A DNA stretch of 64,000 bases from Eledone cirrhosa (taxonomy: Eukaryota). Numbering within the stretch: position 1 is the stretch's first letter; each line of letters opens with the position of its first letter. The stretch is from assembly GCA_964016885.1 (NCBI GenBank), contig OZ024740.1:107880001-107944000 (forward strand), in the 5' to 3' direction. The position numbers were made by a program, and so were the translations under genes. Under the pieces are notes generated by a model. The model saw nothing but the letters and a program-made list of their open reading frames with translations, did no database searches and was not told where the DNA came from. This document shows, piece after piece, positions 1 to 12,536 of this stretch.

Positions 1-494
1 TTTAAAGTATCACTGATAAGAAAATGTCAAAAGTAAAAATGACTTAATCTGTTGGAAGAAGTGGAAAGCATGAAAAAGGTTGATAGAAGGTCTGCCACTT
101 GATAGATAGCATATTAAAGTGATATGAGAGGAGAAGAATTCAGGATATATATATTAGACTGGAATTATAGAAGAACAACAAATTGCTCTAGACACACACC
201 AGTGTAGCACATAGACACAACACTGTAAAGTATTCTCAGATTTAATTTAAGAATGAAAGGCCATATATTCATTGCAAAAAAATATACTTTATTTTCAGAC
301 ATATACAACCACTATTTGTGTTGAAATCATTTCCTCAAAATTTCAAACCACAATAAACAAATCACAGTAAGGTGTTTATTTCAGTTCAGTTGGGTTTTCT
401 TATAAAAATAGAAATATTTACAGAGAAAAGATTCCACGCTGGATGTTATAGTGTTAAACTATGTCATCATATATCAGTTTAAAGTCTTTCTCTC

Positions 495-680
495 AAGCCT
501 AGAGGCTCATCAGACCAGGGCTTATCCCACTTGCAGGGTGTTAAACAACTGAGATAAACATTACCCACCCTGCTACTGGTACTCTTTTTTTTTTTAGCTG
601 AGTAGACTAGAGCAACATAACATGGAGTGTCTTGCTCAAGGGCAGAATGCATCATCTGGTCTGTGAATCAAGCCCATGAG
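495..680 (-). mobile_element. Degraded tRNA-derived SINE
   Basis: Contains agctgagtagactagagcaa...gtgtcttgctcaaggg; homologous to 51445-51715 and to the head of 49471-49806. Confidence 0.6.
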
Positions 681-1234
681 TTTAAAAGAGTATGTCAATT
701 CTAAGATTGCCTTGTCTTCTATTATAATTCTTTTTACATTTAGGGTATCTTTTAGGAATATAAATCAACCTCAGTACTTCACTTGTACTATCATTTTATT
801 AACTACCCCAAAGTATGACAGGTAAATTTAACCTCAGCAGAATTTCAACTCGGAATATAAAGGGCTGTAACTAAATAGACCTTGGAATTTTGTCTGACGT
901 TAATAATTCAACCAATCAACCATTGATTATTAAGAAATTGACAATGATAAATTTCTACAACTAAATTATTAAACATTCATAAAAGATTCTGAAAGAAATC
1001 TGTAAATGTAGGATGTTCCTAAAATTCACATGAACCAAACATTTAACCTTTCCATTACCATATTTATCAGGAAATACAAAATTTATTTTTTTTATACTTA
1101 ATTTTGAAAACAATCAAGAATTTTGAAGGATTTAGTAAAATAACTTTTTCTGATTTTTAAGCTGGGGTTTGAAATAACATAACAGAATCTTCATACATAA
1201 AATTACAATAGAAGGTTTAAAATTAAATATGAAC

Positions 1235-1402
1235 ATGCTGTAAATGTGGTTGGCATTAGGAAAGGCATCTAGTCATAGAAACCAAGCCAAAAGCAGTTCT
1301 GTATGAGCAAGACATAGTCATCTAACTTGACTTGACTCACAATGAGACAACTCGTCTAACCCATGCTATCGTGGAAAAATGAACATTAAATGATGATGAT
1401 GA
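1235..1402 (+). mobile_element. RTE LINE 3' UTR fragment with (GAT)n tail, inserted in a TTAA-type MITE
   Basis: ctgtaaatgtggttggcattaggaaaggcat...cccatgct..gtggaaaaat..(gat)n matches the 3' ends of the RTE copies at 11490-11663 and 40915-41069. Confidence 0.75.
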
Positions 1403-1825
1403 TAAACACTTTAATATAAATGGTTTTGTATCATAAAACCAGGGTCAATTTCCAGTGGTTTGGTATCAGAAGGGTTAGAACTGATAATGCTTGTACTATA
1501 CTTTTACTTTCAAACTTTCCCTTCTTCTTTTATCTCTTTCTCTCATTTTTACTCCCTCCACTTATCTCTTTCTAACTCTCTCCCTCCTGTGTCCTCTCTT
1601 TCTTTTTGTTACTCCCACTACCCAAGAAATTCTCATACTATAAATACATCTGAATCTACAGAGAAATACATAAACAACATATGTTTACATATATAAATAT
1701 GTGTGCATTTACATACACATTTTCATAGCTTTGGTTAAAACCTTGTACTGATTGTGTATAGATATGAATTTATAGAATATGTCAGCTGTTTAGTACACAA
1801 TTTAATATATAATTGAATTAATTAC

Positions 1826-2340
1826 TACTGTAAGTACTAATGACAGGGAAACTGTCACATCCAGCTCACTGTTACTGCCTCACAAGATGTGTTTATAAAG
1901 CCTAAAGTCTACCACTGTAAGTATTAATAATAGGGAAACTGTCACATCCAACTCACTGTTACTGCCTCACAAGCCTTAACCCATTAACATTTACATTACT
2001 CTATATATACTATTGTATTTTTGTGGAAAAAGTTTTATCTTACATAATTATCTCACATAATATCGAATCTATGAGATTTTGATGTTATTTATTTTGAGAA
2101 CAATACCTTAATGTCAGTATGAGTGGCCATTCACGGCTGGTTGGAACAGAAAGAGGTGAGAGAATTCTGGCCAGATATGGCCGGTTTAAATACTAAAGGG
2201 TTAAGTCTATCAATGTAAGCAGTATTAATAGGGAAATTGTCACATCTAGTTCACTGCCTCACAAGAGGGGTTTATAAAGCCTTAAGTCAACCATTGTAAG
2301 TACTAATAATAAAAAAATTGTTACATCATTACAAAGCTTT
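1826..2340. repeat. ~87-bp tandem repeat (about 4 units) interrupted by a MITE
   Basis: actgtaagtactaat..gggaaactgtcacatcc..ctgcctcacaag recurs at 1827, 1914, ~2212 and ~2293. Confidence 0.8.
1980..2200. mobile_element. TTAA-target (piggyBac-like) MITE
   Basis: TTAA|CCCATT...AAAGGG|TTAA; an uninterrupted repeat unit nearby has a single gccTTAAgtc (~2279). Confidence 0.75.
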
Positions 2341-3194
2341 AAGTTCTATATTTCCTTGCAAGCAGGGAAGAGCGGACGTAAAATGATGATGATGATGACT
2401 GTAAGAGACGAAGATAATTTGTGATCATGGTTCCAATAAGAACCAAAACTTGTGTCAAGTTATTCAGCTGTTTCAATCTAAAGACAAATGTGTAAATTAG
2501 ACATATTCACATGTGTAACATATATAAATGTGTGTCTGTGAGTGCATGTGTGTGTGTTCTGTGTGGTGTGTGCATGAATGTGGTTATGCATGTATGTATG
2601 TGTGTGCATGCATGTGTGCGTGCATGTAGGTGCATGTGTGTAAGCACATACAGCTTCAGTTAAACGCTGTACTGTTTATGCACAGATATGTATTTAGATT
2701 ATACTTTGGCTGCTTAGTACCAAACCAGTTGTAAGACGATACGGATGCATCTTAAAGACCTCTTCTTATGACATGGGGTGGGGATCATTTTTTACGCATT
2801 AGTCATATGTACTATATGCACTAAGTAACTATCATCATCATGATCATCATTGTTTTAACATCCACTTTCCTTGCTAGCAAGGGTTGGAATGGTCTACATA
2901 GACCAAATCAGTACTGAAGTGGTGGCTACTGATCTCCCATACATTATACTTCATCTTTTATTTTATGAATGATGATATAACTATTTACCAATATGTATTT
3001 ACTGAGTCATAGTTCTTGCCTCTTTGTCAGTGTATGTTTGGATATAGGAATATTGGAATTAAACTGCTGAAGCATAATGGATGGCAAGAGAAAATGTGTG
3101 TGCATGCAAACACAGATTTGTTTGTAACAACAAGTGGTCATAAGATGGCTAATTGGCAAAGTCATTAGAACATCGGATAGAATGCTTTGTGGTA

Positions 3195-3450
3195 TCCATT
3201 TTGAGATCAGCTCTATCCTATGTCCAGGTTTTCCTTGGTCTTCCTCAACTCCAGTTTCTTTCCATTGGCATCTCCTGGCACTTCACCCAACGTTCATCCT
3301 TCAAATGCACTACATGTCAACACAATTGCAGTCTTCTCTCTTGCGCACATCTGATTCCTCTTATACCCAGCTTTTCTCTCAGTTCATCAATGCCCCGTCC
3401 TTCCTGCACACTAACATTACACATCCAATACAGCTTGCTCACTTTTACTG
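3195..3450 (-). mobile_element. Old RTE LINE 3' ORF remnant
   Basis: Diverged match to the C-terminal region of the younger RTE copies. Confidence 0.6.
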
Positions 3451-4849
3451 AAATGTGTGAGCTATAACTTATTCAGATGTTAGACACTGCAAAATTCTTC
3501 CTTACCTCATAATAAATCTTCATCCTTATCACCATTTTATCTCCACATTGCCATGCTGGCATGGATTTGATGGGTTCTTACAAACAAAATCAGTACTTAA
3601 TTGTAGCTACAGTCCTCCCAGATAAGCTAATTTTAGCATGACTTCTACAGCAGAATGCCCTTCCTAACACCAAACACTTTACAGTATGTACCGGGAGCAT
3701 GGTTTCTACAGCTGGATGCCCTTCCTAATGCCAACCACTTTACAGCATGTACTGAGAGCATGGTTTCTACAGCTGGGTGCCCTTTCTATCACCAACCACT
3801 ATACAGAATGCAAAAATCTTTTTCAGAATTCTCACCTTTATTTCAAATGATTAAACTATAGTGACATCATCATTCTATACCTGTTTTCCATGCTGGCATG
3901 GGTTGGACATGTTATGATCCACTTTTAAATTCCTCAGAGAAACATGTTTCACTTGTATGTTTCCTTTGGGGGGAATAGTTTCTGTTTGGGTGTCCTTTCT
4001 AACAGCAACCACTTTACAGAGTCTATTGGGTGCATTTTTTTGTGGCACCATTACTAGAGATTGTCAAGCCCTTAACAGGAGTGAGCAGTCCTCTGTTCTC
4101 TACATCCATATAATCATTAACCATTTACAGAGTGTACTGGGTGCATTTTCTTGTAGTACCAGTACTAGAGAGGTTGTCAAGTCTTTGACAAGAATGAACA
4201 GTCCACTTACATTCATTCATCATCAACCATTTAAAAAATGTACTAGGTGTGTGTTATCACAGCACACTAAGCCAATTATCATGTCCTCAGCAGGATTAAT
4301 TAATACTCTCAACATCAAAGTAAAAGTTGTATCAAATAATCATTAAACAAAACAACATAATAGTAGCAGTTTATTATTGCCATTTTGGTCTACCATAATT
4401 TTCATGTCAGATTAAAAAAGATTGAGTTACACTGATAAACCTCTGATTTTAAATGATCCTATATTCATTGAAAAATAATTTTTTTAAAAATACTATTGCC
4501 TTTTTGTTTATCATAGTTTATCTTAATTATGTTGAAACAGTCGACAGCTCTCATTCACAATATTTCCATTGAAAAACCTCTGCTTTTATCTGATCTAGTT
4601 AAATGGCAATTAACGAAGGTCTAACAGGAATGAAGACTCCTTATTGCCAGAACGTGCCTTAAGTGGTTCCTAAGACCTATTGAGACATTACTAATAAAAT
4701 CAAAATAAACAACTGTCTACATACTTCCATTTACCCAACAAATCTGTGTGAAATAAGTCTCAAAATTTAAACAAGTCCTTTTGTTTGGTAACTGGTTGTT
4801 TTCTGATAGGTGTTTCAATAGTCTGGGTGGAATAATTCTGAAAATTTAA

Positions 4850-5029
4850 CCCTTTTGTTACCATATGTCTAATGAAAGACAAAATCATTTTGAAAATAAT
4901 TAAGAATTTGGAGCGATTTAGTAAAATAACTTTTTTTTTTTTCATTATTTAACTTTTGGAAACCTTTAAAGTGGGTGACTTTATTTCATAGAACCAGAGC
5001 CAGTTTTAGCTGGGCTGGTAACAAAGGGG
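4850..5029. mobile_element. TTAA-target MITE (abundant family; further copies near 1045, 18035, 33940, 52920, 55480, 59670, 60925)
   Basis: TTAA|CCCTTTTGTTACC...GGTAACAAAGGGG|TTAA terminal inverted repeats. Confidence 0.75.
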
Positions 5030-5899
5030 TTAAAAAGAAAAACTACACCATTTCATGAAATAATAACAGATTATGAAGAATCTCATGAAAAGGTGTCAAA
5101 CTTTACTGACAAATACTGTAAGGAGCTCAACTTTGTTCATAAATCTCAAAAATACTTTACTGAACCCTTTAGATTTATATGAATCCAGGTTAGAGACTGC
5201 TGCTATAAAGTACAGAGATCCCTATTTGTTTAGGGACAGGATGTGGGTGGCTTAAAGTACAAAGAACACTGTATCTTTAGGGAGAGGATGATAGCTGTTC
5301 TCTTTTGAATTTATGTTCATTGAGCTTTCAACAGCATGGAAGAACATATGTATCATTTGAGATAAACAAATACATACATACATAGATACACAGGCACATG
5401 TATACATCATAAACGTATATATATATATATATATATATATAGATAGATAGATATGTGCATACATACATGTATACATACATAAATGCATACCTACACATAC
5501 ATATATAGACATATACATACCCACACATATATACATGCATATATAGACATATACATAACCACACATACATATACATAAATATGAAACAGATGTTGTCAAT
5601 TATGGCACCATCCTTCATGTATGTGAGGAGTCTGAGAAAATAAGAATAGTACAAAAGAGGAGGAGGAGGAGAAAATAACCAGGTCATTATTTCAATTTAC
5701 CCTTAATAACTACTTAACACAATAATTAATTGTTTTATATAAATATAGTAACATCCCCATCACTGGTTACATGTGCTGTTGCTGTTTGGCCTCAGGCCAA
5801 TTCTGATCCAGCAGATCTATAATCAAAGACATTCCAGCTGTGAACATCCCATCTTTTTTTTTTTTAGAACAATATGAATAAATCTTAGACTTAGGACAA

Positions 5900-6115
5900 T
5901 GAATTGACAGTATCAGTAGAGTGTCGGACAACATGCTTTACAGTATATAGTTACAGACCTTTATGTTCTGAGTTCAAATTCCACCGAGGTTAGCTTTGCC
6001 TTTTGTTCTTATGGGGTCAATAAAATAAAGTACTAGTAATGTACTGGGAGCGATTTAGTTGACTTTCCACCCCCACCAAAATTTTTGGCCATGTTCCTAA
6101 ATTAGAAACCATTAT
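5900..6115 (+). mobile_element. tRNA-derived SINE (most abundant SINE family in the window)
   Basis: B-box gagttcaaat, central ctttgcct..ggggtc.ataaaataaagtac, tail tagaaacc(att)n; more than 15 related copies. Confidence 0.75.
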
Positions 6116-6510
6116 CTTATATATATATATAATAATAATATTATTTATAGTTATGTATACACTATATACAACTATAAACAGGAAAAGTCAGTAATTCATT
6201 ACTACCTTATTACCAGTAAGAGAAATAGCTCAATATAAATTACTGTCGCATCCATTCTATTCTGTGCCTTTTTAATTTTAAATTTTAATTATTGTACAAT
6301 TCTCTTGTAATCTATGTCGCATCCACTCCACTCTGTAAATACGAAACTGTTGTTGACAACATTAATATCCATGTATCTATATGATTGTTCAGTTGAATAG
6401 GAGGTTAATTATATGTACAAACATTGCTAGTGCTCTGATTCCAAACAAAAGTTTGGAAGAAACGATTGTCAGCAATAAAATGATTTGAACATAGCTTTGA
6501 TTATTGTGTA

Positions 6511-6513
<3 letters not shown>

Positions 6514-6598
<85 letters not shown>
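6514..6598. repeat. (TA)n microsatellite
   Basis: Direct reading. Confidence 0.95.
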
Positions 6599-6601
<3 letters not shown>

Positions 6602-6897
6602 GGAAAACGAAAAATCAGTGATGCATCAGAACTCAATTTATTGCGTATTACAATTGTTTCCCCGGCGAACAGCTCGAGGTGCAATCTGTATGTGGATCGA
6701 CCTGACTCTGGATTCACAGGTTCCTCAGACACGTCTATTGATTTCGGAGCAGATCCTCTTTCTGGGGTTCTGACCCTACGGGTCTATATCGTCCACCTTC
6801 TGATTTTTGATTTCCATTCTATCATACTCTACTCCATAGGAACATAGAGTGCTCAACCTGCATACTGCCTATGGATGCATCTTAGCTATCATACGAC
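6599..6897. mobile_element. Penelope-like (pLTR-type) short insert in (TA)n with inverted arms and tail
   Basis: Arms 6599-6618 and 6800-6818 are imperfect inverted repeats; hammerhead on the minus strand; TA repeats on both sides. Confidence 0.6.
6644..6733 (-). ncRNA. Type I hammerhead ribozyme motif with extended (61-nt) stem II
   Basis: cgtgt-CTGAGGA-[hairpin]-GAAA-CAATTG-TA-atacg followed by AATAAA. Confidence 0.7.
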
Positions 6898-7084
6898 ATA
6901 TATATATGACTGGGGTTGAATCAAATACAAAATGTTCATTTAAATAAACCTTTTTACAGCCTTGCTATGAATTTTAGAAGTGGTGAATTTCACCACTGCT
7001 CTTTAGCAATCAAAAGAGAGCACCCTAATGGCGGTTTCTGGTTCGTTAACCATCTTCAGAGGGGCTTTTAGCTTATTTTCATCT

Positions 7085-7275
7085 TAGCATGAAAATTTCA
7101 TAGGCTGACTATGAAGGATTGATCCTAGAGCTGTGAAATCTTGCATACATTAATTTCAATTCTTTTCTTAATAACTGCATTGTTTCTTTCCAGGTACTAT
7201 GTTGAAAAATAAACCTCATTTGTTAATTCAATGAGAGTATGTTGGTCAGCATATGAACTTTTAAGCCGACTCTTG
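7085..7275. mobile_element. Mariner-derived MITE
   Basis: Ends ttcataggctgac / gtcagcatatgaactttt..ctcttg-TA; same family as 26063-26261 and 27667-28177. Confidence 0.7.
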
Positions 7276-7305
7276 TACAAACTACCATATGTGTGTATGT
7301 TATAT

Positions 7306-8583
7306 TGTCGTCATCGTTTTACGTCCGTTCTTCCATGTTAGCATGGGTTAGACGGGTTGTCCTGTTGTGGGCAGTGTCCAGTCGGCTGACCTTGTCTTGC
7401 TCATACAGGAACTGATTCTGGCTTGATTTCTACAACTGGATGCCCTTCATAACACCAGCCTCATTTAAGTTGAGTGCTGGGTGCTTTTATCCATGGCTCC
7501 TACACATCCACTTTACAGTGTGGGCTGGGTGCTTTTTTGCCGTGGCACCTCCACGACCACTTTGCAGTGGGAGGATGTGGGGGCATATTGTCTATATGCT
7601 TCGGCTTGTTCCTGTGGGGGGTCAGGTCTTCTGTATTACTGCGCGACACCAGAGGTTACGGTCGTGAGTTATTGCTCTTGAGAGGTGCAATTGGGTCAGG
7701 TCAGCCTTTATCACCTCATCCCAGGTCTTCTTGGGTCTCCCCAATCCGCGGCTTCCATCGACTTCTAGTGCTTTGCACCTTTTTATGCAGTTGTCATCCT
7801 TCATACACATCACATGTCCATACCAACGTAACCTCCTCTCCTGCACACAGCATTTGATTCCTCTGATCCTCAGTCTCTCTTTCAATTCATTTATACTTTG
7901 CTGTTTGCATATATTACTATTACACATCCATCAGAGCATGCAGGCTTCATTTCTTTCTAATCTGCGCAAGTCTTCTACAGACAGCACCCAGGTCTCACTA
8001 CCATGTAACATTGCTGTTTGGATACATGCATCATACAGTCTGCCTTTCATTTTCAGGGAGAAGCCTTTTGCAGATAGCAGTGGCAGTAGCTCCCTGCATT
8101 TCTTCCATCCCGTTCTTACCCTAGTTATTGTACTTTCCAAACACCCACCTCTGCTGCTAATTCGGTCACCTAAGTAGCAGAAGCTGTCTACTGTTTCTAC
8201 AGGGCCCTCCCAGAGTTTGGTGGTGCTTGTTTCCTGTGGTCGTTTGTTGCTTGCTGTCACAGTGCAACTGCTACATATGAAGCCTACATTCTTAGTTAAA
8301 CTTCCTGAGATCCCACAACATCTCTTGTGTACTCATTGTTTGCATTTGGGGCAGAGAATGGAGTTCCTACCTACACCTTTCCCACATACTGAGCAAGGCC
8401 ATTTCCCTGAGGGAATCTGGGTTCTGTTTTCTCGTCTACTTACAAGGACCTTAGTCTTTGTCAGGTTGACTTTGAGACCCTTTCTTTCTAGTCCCTGCTT
8501 CCATGTTTGGAATTTCTTCTCTAGTTCCATCATGGATTCAGCTATAAGTGTGAGATCATCCGCATACAGGAGTTCCCATGGGC
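7306..8583 (-). mobile_element. 5'-truncated RTE LINE (RT C-terminus, PHD-like finger, 3' UTR)
   Basis: ORF fragments LYADDL..WPCSVCGKGVGRNSILCPKC, FCYLGD, LRWYGHV, GRPKKTW; internal stops. Confidence 0.9.
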
Positions 8584-8849
8584 ATTATATACAAACCACC
8601 ATATATGTGTGTGTCTGTGATTGTTATATAGAAAATAGAAGTTACTATATACATGATTGTGAATTTGTGTGTGTATGTGTGTATATTTTCCTGTTAGTCT
8701 ACCCTGCTAAAGTTTGGTGTTATATTTACAAACTTCAACAACGAGAATAACCACCATGATGCAATATGGAGTATATAGAGTTTTACTGAGTAACCTTGAC
8801 ACAGTTCCCGCAATGCAACAGATTCTATTACATCTCTCTAGCAAAAATA

Positions 8850-9032
8850 CAGATACACACACACACATACTTATATATACATATATATAAACACATATAT
8901 ATACATACATAATATATACAAATATATATATATATATATATATACATACATATACATACATATATATACATACATATACATACATACATATACAAACATA
9001 CATACATATACAAACATATATATATATGTTTG

Positions 9033-9081
<49 letters not shown>

Positions 9082-9122
9082 CATACAAATATATACACAC
9101 ACATACTCACAAACATATATAT
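8850..9122. repeat. Compound (TA)n/(CATA)n microsatellite
   Basis: Direct reading. Confidence 0.9.
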
Positions 9123-9286
9123 AATTAATAAAGGAAACAAAACAAACAGGAGAATGCAAAAATACACAGTTATATTAGGTTCACACTTGGTGGAAATCAA
9201 GGAAGATTCAACATTTTGAACAGAAGTCCATCAGGAAAGTTCGGATAAGGAGAGAACAGGTAGATGTATGAAAGATATATATATTT

Positions 9287-9320
<34 letters not shown>

Positions 9321-9321
<1 letters not shown>

Positions 9322-10281
9322 GTATGTCCCAAATGCAAACTATGGGTACATGAAAGATGTAGTAGGATCACAGGTAAACTATCTAAGAACGTAGACTTTA
9401 TATGTGGCCGATGCTCAGATGCAATAGGTAGCAAGTGTTCACAGGATACTAGCTCCTTCTATTGCCCAGATGGTTCTATATAAATAATAGACACTTTCCG
9501 TTACCTGGGTGACGAAATCAGCAGTGGTGGAGGGTGTTCTGAAAGTACAGTAGCTAGAGTCAGAACGGGATGGAAAAAGTTCAGAGAGCTTATACCGCTG
9601 TTGGCCACAAAAGGTTTCTCTCTAAAAATGAAAGGCAGATTGTATGAAGCTTGTATACGAACAGCAATGCTACATGGCAGTGAGACATGGGCATTGTGTA
9701 CAGAGGACCTGCGTAGACTGGAAAGGAATGAAGCATACATGCTCCGTTGGATGTGTAATAGTAATATACGTGAACGGCAAAGCATAAATGAACTAAGTGA
9801 GAAATTAGGAATAAGAGGGATCAGATGCTGTTTACTTGAGAGAAGACTACATTGGTATGGCCATGTGATGCGCATGAAAGACGACAGTTGTATAAAAAAG
9901 TGCAGGCCGATCAAAATTGATAGTAGTTACGGATAAATTCCGACCTTACACACTTGCACCTTTCTAAGACAAAGTCACTGGACCGAGATTTTTGGCGCTA
10001 CGCAGTAATACGGAAGACCCGCCTTGCCTATGTACAAAGCGAAACCTACAGTCAGTAGGCACCTCTTAACCAAATATACACCCCAATCCACTACCCCTAC
10101 CCTATCCTCCCACAACACCACCCTCTCTCTATAAAGTTGGTACCAGCCGTAGAAAACCTGACAGATAGTCCTATATGAGCGAGACATGGTCACCCGACCG
10201 ACCTTGCCTCAAGTGGGACAACTCCCGTCTAACCCATGCTAGCGTGGAAAATGGACGTTAAACGAAGATGATGATGATGAT
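9321..10281 (+). mobile_element. 5'-truncated RTE LINE with an internal deletion near 9935
   Basis: CPKCKLWVHERCS, FRYLGD, KGRLYEACIRTAMLHGSETW; (GAT)n tail; close relative of 22011-23630. Confidence 0.9.
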
Positions 10282-10282
10282 A

Positions 10283-10298
10283 TATAAATGTAAGTATG

Positions 10299-10335
<37 letters not shown>

Positions 10336-10593
10336 ATGTACATATGAGTTATATTGAACACTAATAATAATGTTCGATTCGTTTGTAAACAAACAGCTTG
10401 ATTTGAAGCTGTGCTAGTGATCAATCGTCACCTGTTTGTTCAACACTGGAACAATCAACCTATTTCTGGGTCATTACCCTTCATCAGGACTGTATACCTC
10501 TGCCAGTCTGTTGAACAGTTGAAAATATATAGTATTTTCTTAAGTACACATCGCATACCGAGCTGGTCTTCGTGAATATTAAAAATAAAATTA

Positions 10594-10597
<4 letters not shown>
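10283..10597. mobile_element. Penelope-like short insert in (TA)n, homologous to 11869-12540
   Basis: Shares taatgttcg..tgtaaacaaaca..tttgttcaacactg..tatacct..tgccag with the 12030-12200 region. Confidence 0.55.
10451..10493 (-). ncRNA. Minimal type I hammerhead-like motif (partly degenerate)
   Basis: acagtc-CTGATGA-a-gggt aatg accc-a-GAAA-taggtt-gattgt. Confidence 0.5.
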
Positions 10598-10626
<29 letters not shown>

Positions 10627-10629
<3 letters not shown>

Positions 10630-11663
10630 GTACACAAGAGATGTAGTGGGATCTCAGGAAGCTTAATTAAGAATGTAGGATTCACATGTAGCAGCTGTGC
10701 TGGGACAGCAAGCAGCAAACAGCCACAGGAAACAAGTACCACCAATCTCTGGGAGGGCTCTGTAGAAACAGTAGACAGCTTCTGCTACCTAGGTGACCAA
10801 ATTAGCAGCGGAGGTGGGTGTTCAGAAAGTACAATAACTTGGGTAAGCACGGGATGGAAGAAGTTTAGGGAACTACTACCACTGCTAGCTGCAAAAGGCT
10901 TCTCCCTCAAAATGAGAGGCAGACTGTATCATGCGTGTATCCGAACAGCGTTGTTGCATGGTAGTGAGACCTGGGCGCTGAAGGTGGAAGACTTACGTAG
11001 ATTAGAGAGAAACGAAGCCTGCATGCTCCGATGGATGTGTAACAGTAATATACGCGAACGACAAAGCATAAATGAATTGAGAGAGAGACTGAGCATAAGA
11101 GGAATCAAATGCTGTGTGCAGGAGAGGTGGTTGCGCTGGTATGGACATGTGATGCGTATGAAGAATGACAGCTGCATAAAAAGGTGCAGAGCACTAGAAG
11201 TCGATGGAAACCGCGGAGTGGGGAGACCCAAGATGACCTGGGATGAGGTGATAAAAGCCGACCTTACCCAATTACACCTCTCAAAGGCGATGACACACGA
11301 CCGTGACCTCTGGCGTCACGCAGTAATACAGGGGTACCCGACCTCCCATGGGTACAAGCTGAAGCATATAGACAATATGCTTCCACACCCCCCACCGCAA
11401 GGTGGTCGTGGAGGTGCCACGGCAAAAAAGCACCCAGCCCACACTGTAAAGCGGACGTGTAAGCGCCACGAAAAAGCACCCAGCACTCACTGTAAATGAG
11501 GTTGGTGTTAGGAAGGGCATCCAGCTGTAGAAATCAAGCCAAATCAGTTCCTGTATGAGCAAGGCATGGTCAGCCGACCAGACACTGCCCACAACAGGAC
11601 AACCCGTCTAACCCATGCTAGCGTGGAAGAACGGACGTAAAACGGTGATGATGATGATGATGA
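10627..11663 (+). mobile_element. 5'-truncated RTE LINE
   Basis: ORF 10912-11499 RLYHACIRTALLHGSETW...LRWYGHV...GRPKMTW; (GAT)n tail; same subfamily as 7306-8583. Confidence 0.9.
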
Positions 11664-11837
11664 TATATATATATATATACATACACACATACATACACAC
11701 ATATATATATATATATATATACACATATATATATATATATATATACACATATATATATATACATATACATATATATATATACACAAAATTCCAATACATA
11801 TCTGCATACAGTTATGCTTGGAGCTAAATTCTAATTC

Positions 11838-11868
<31 letters not shown>

Positions 11869-11874
<6 letters not shown>

Positions 11875-12536
11875 TATGTATACGTACATACATATATTTA
11901 TACAGACGAACAGTAGTATGTATATATATATACATACATGCACACATATATATATGTACGTATGGATTCTATATACATACATGCACACATATATATATGT
12001 ACGTATGGATTCACCGAACATTTATTATAATGTTCGGTGTGATTGTAAACAAACATCCCGTATTAAGCCGTAGTGTCTAGCAACCATCGTTGCTCATTTG
12101 TTCAACACTGACAAAGGAGCGCTGTACTAGTTTCAAGCTTATTAGCTATCGTCAGCAACGTATACCTTCCTGCCAGATGATTGAACGTCTGAAAGTATAT
12201 ATTTTCCTTATGCATATTAACGGCTGAGCAGCCTAATTTGCATATCGAGTGGGTTAATCGGCCGGGTGCACTGAAAACGATAAACGTTGAACAAACGTGC
12301 AACGATGGTTGCTAGACACTACGGTTTAATACGGGATGTTTGTCTACAAACACACCGAGCATTATAATAAATGTTTTTTGTGAATCCATACGTACATATA
12401 TATATGTGTGCATGTATGTATATATATATACATACTATTGTACGTCTGTATACATATATGTATGTACGTATACATACTTATATTTAAGTAACAGCCGTAC
12501 TAAGAGTGCGAAATGAAATTTTGTTTCATTTTTTCC

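Noticed and set aside
5252-5687. Y/I/M/C/V-rich ORFs (also ~6469-6847, 8707-9200, 11544-12073, 25037-25476)
   Set aside because: Translations of TA/CA/CATA microsatellites
7731-8750. Long antisense ORFs over RTE copies (also 9501-9914, 22587-23000, 39153-40298)
   Set aside because: Shadow frames of the RT coding strand
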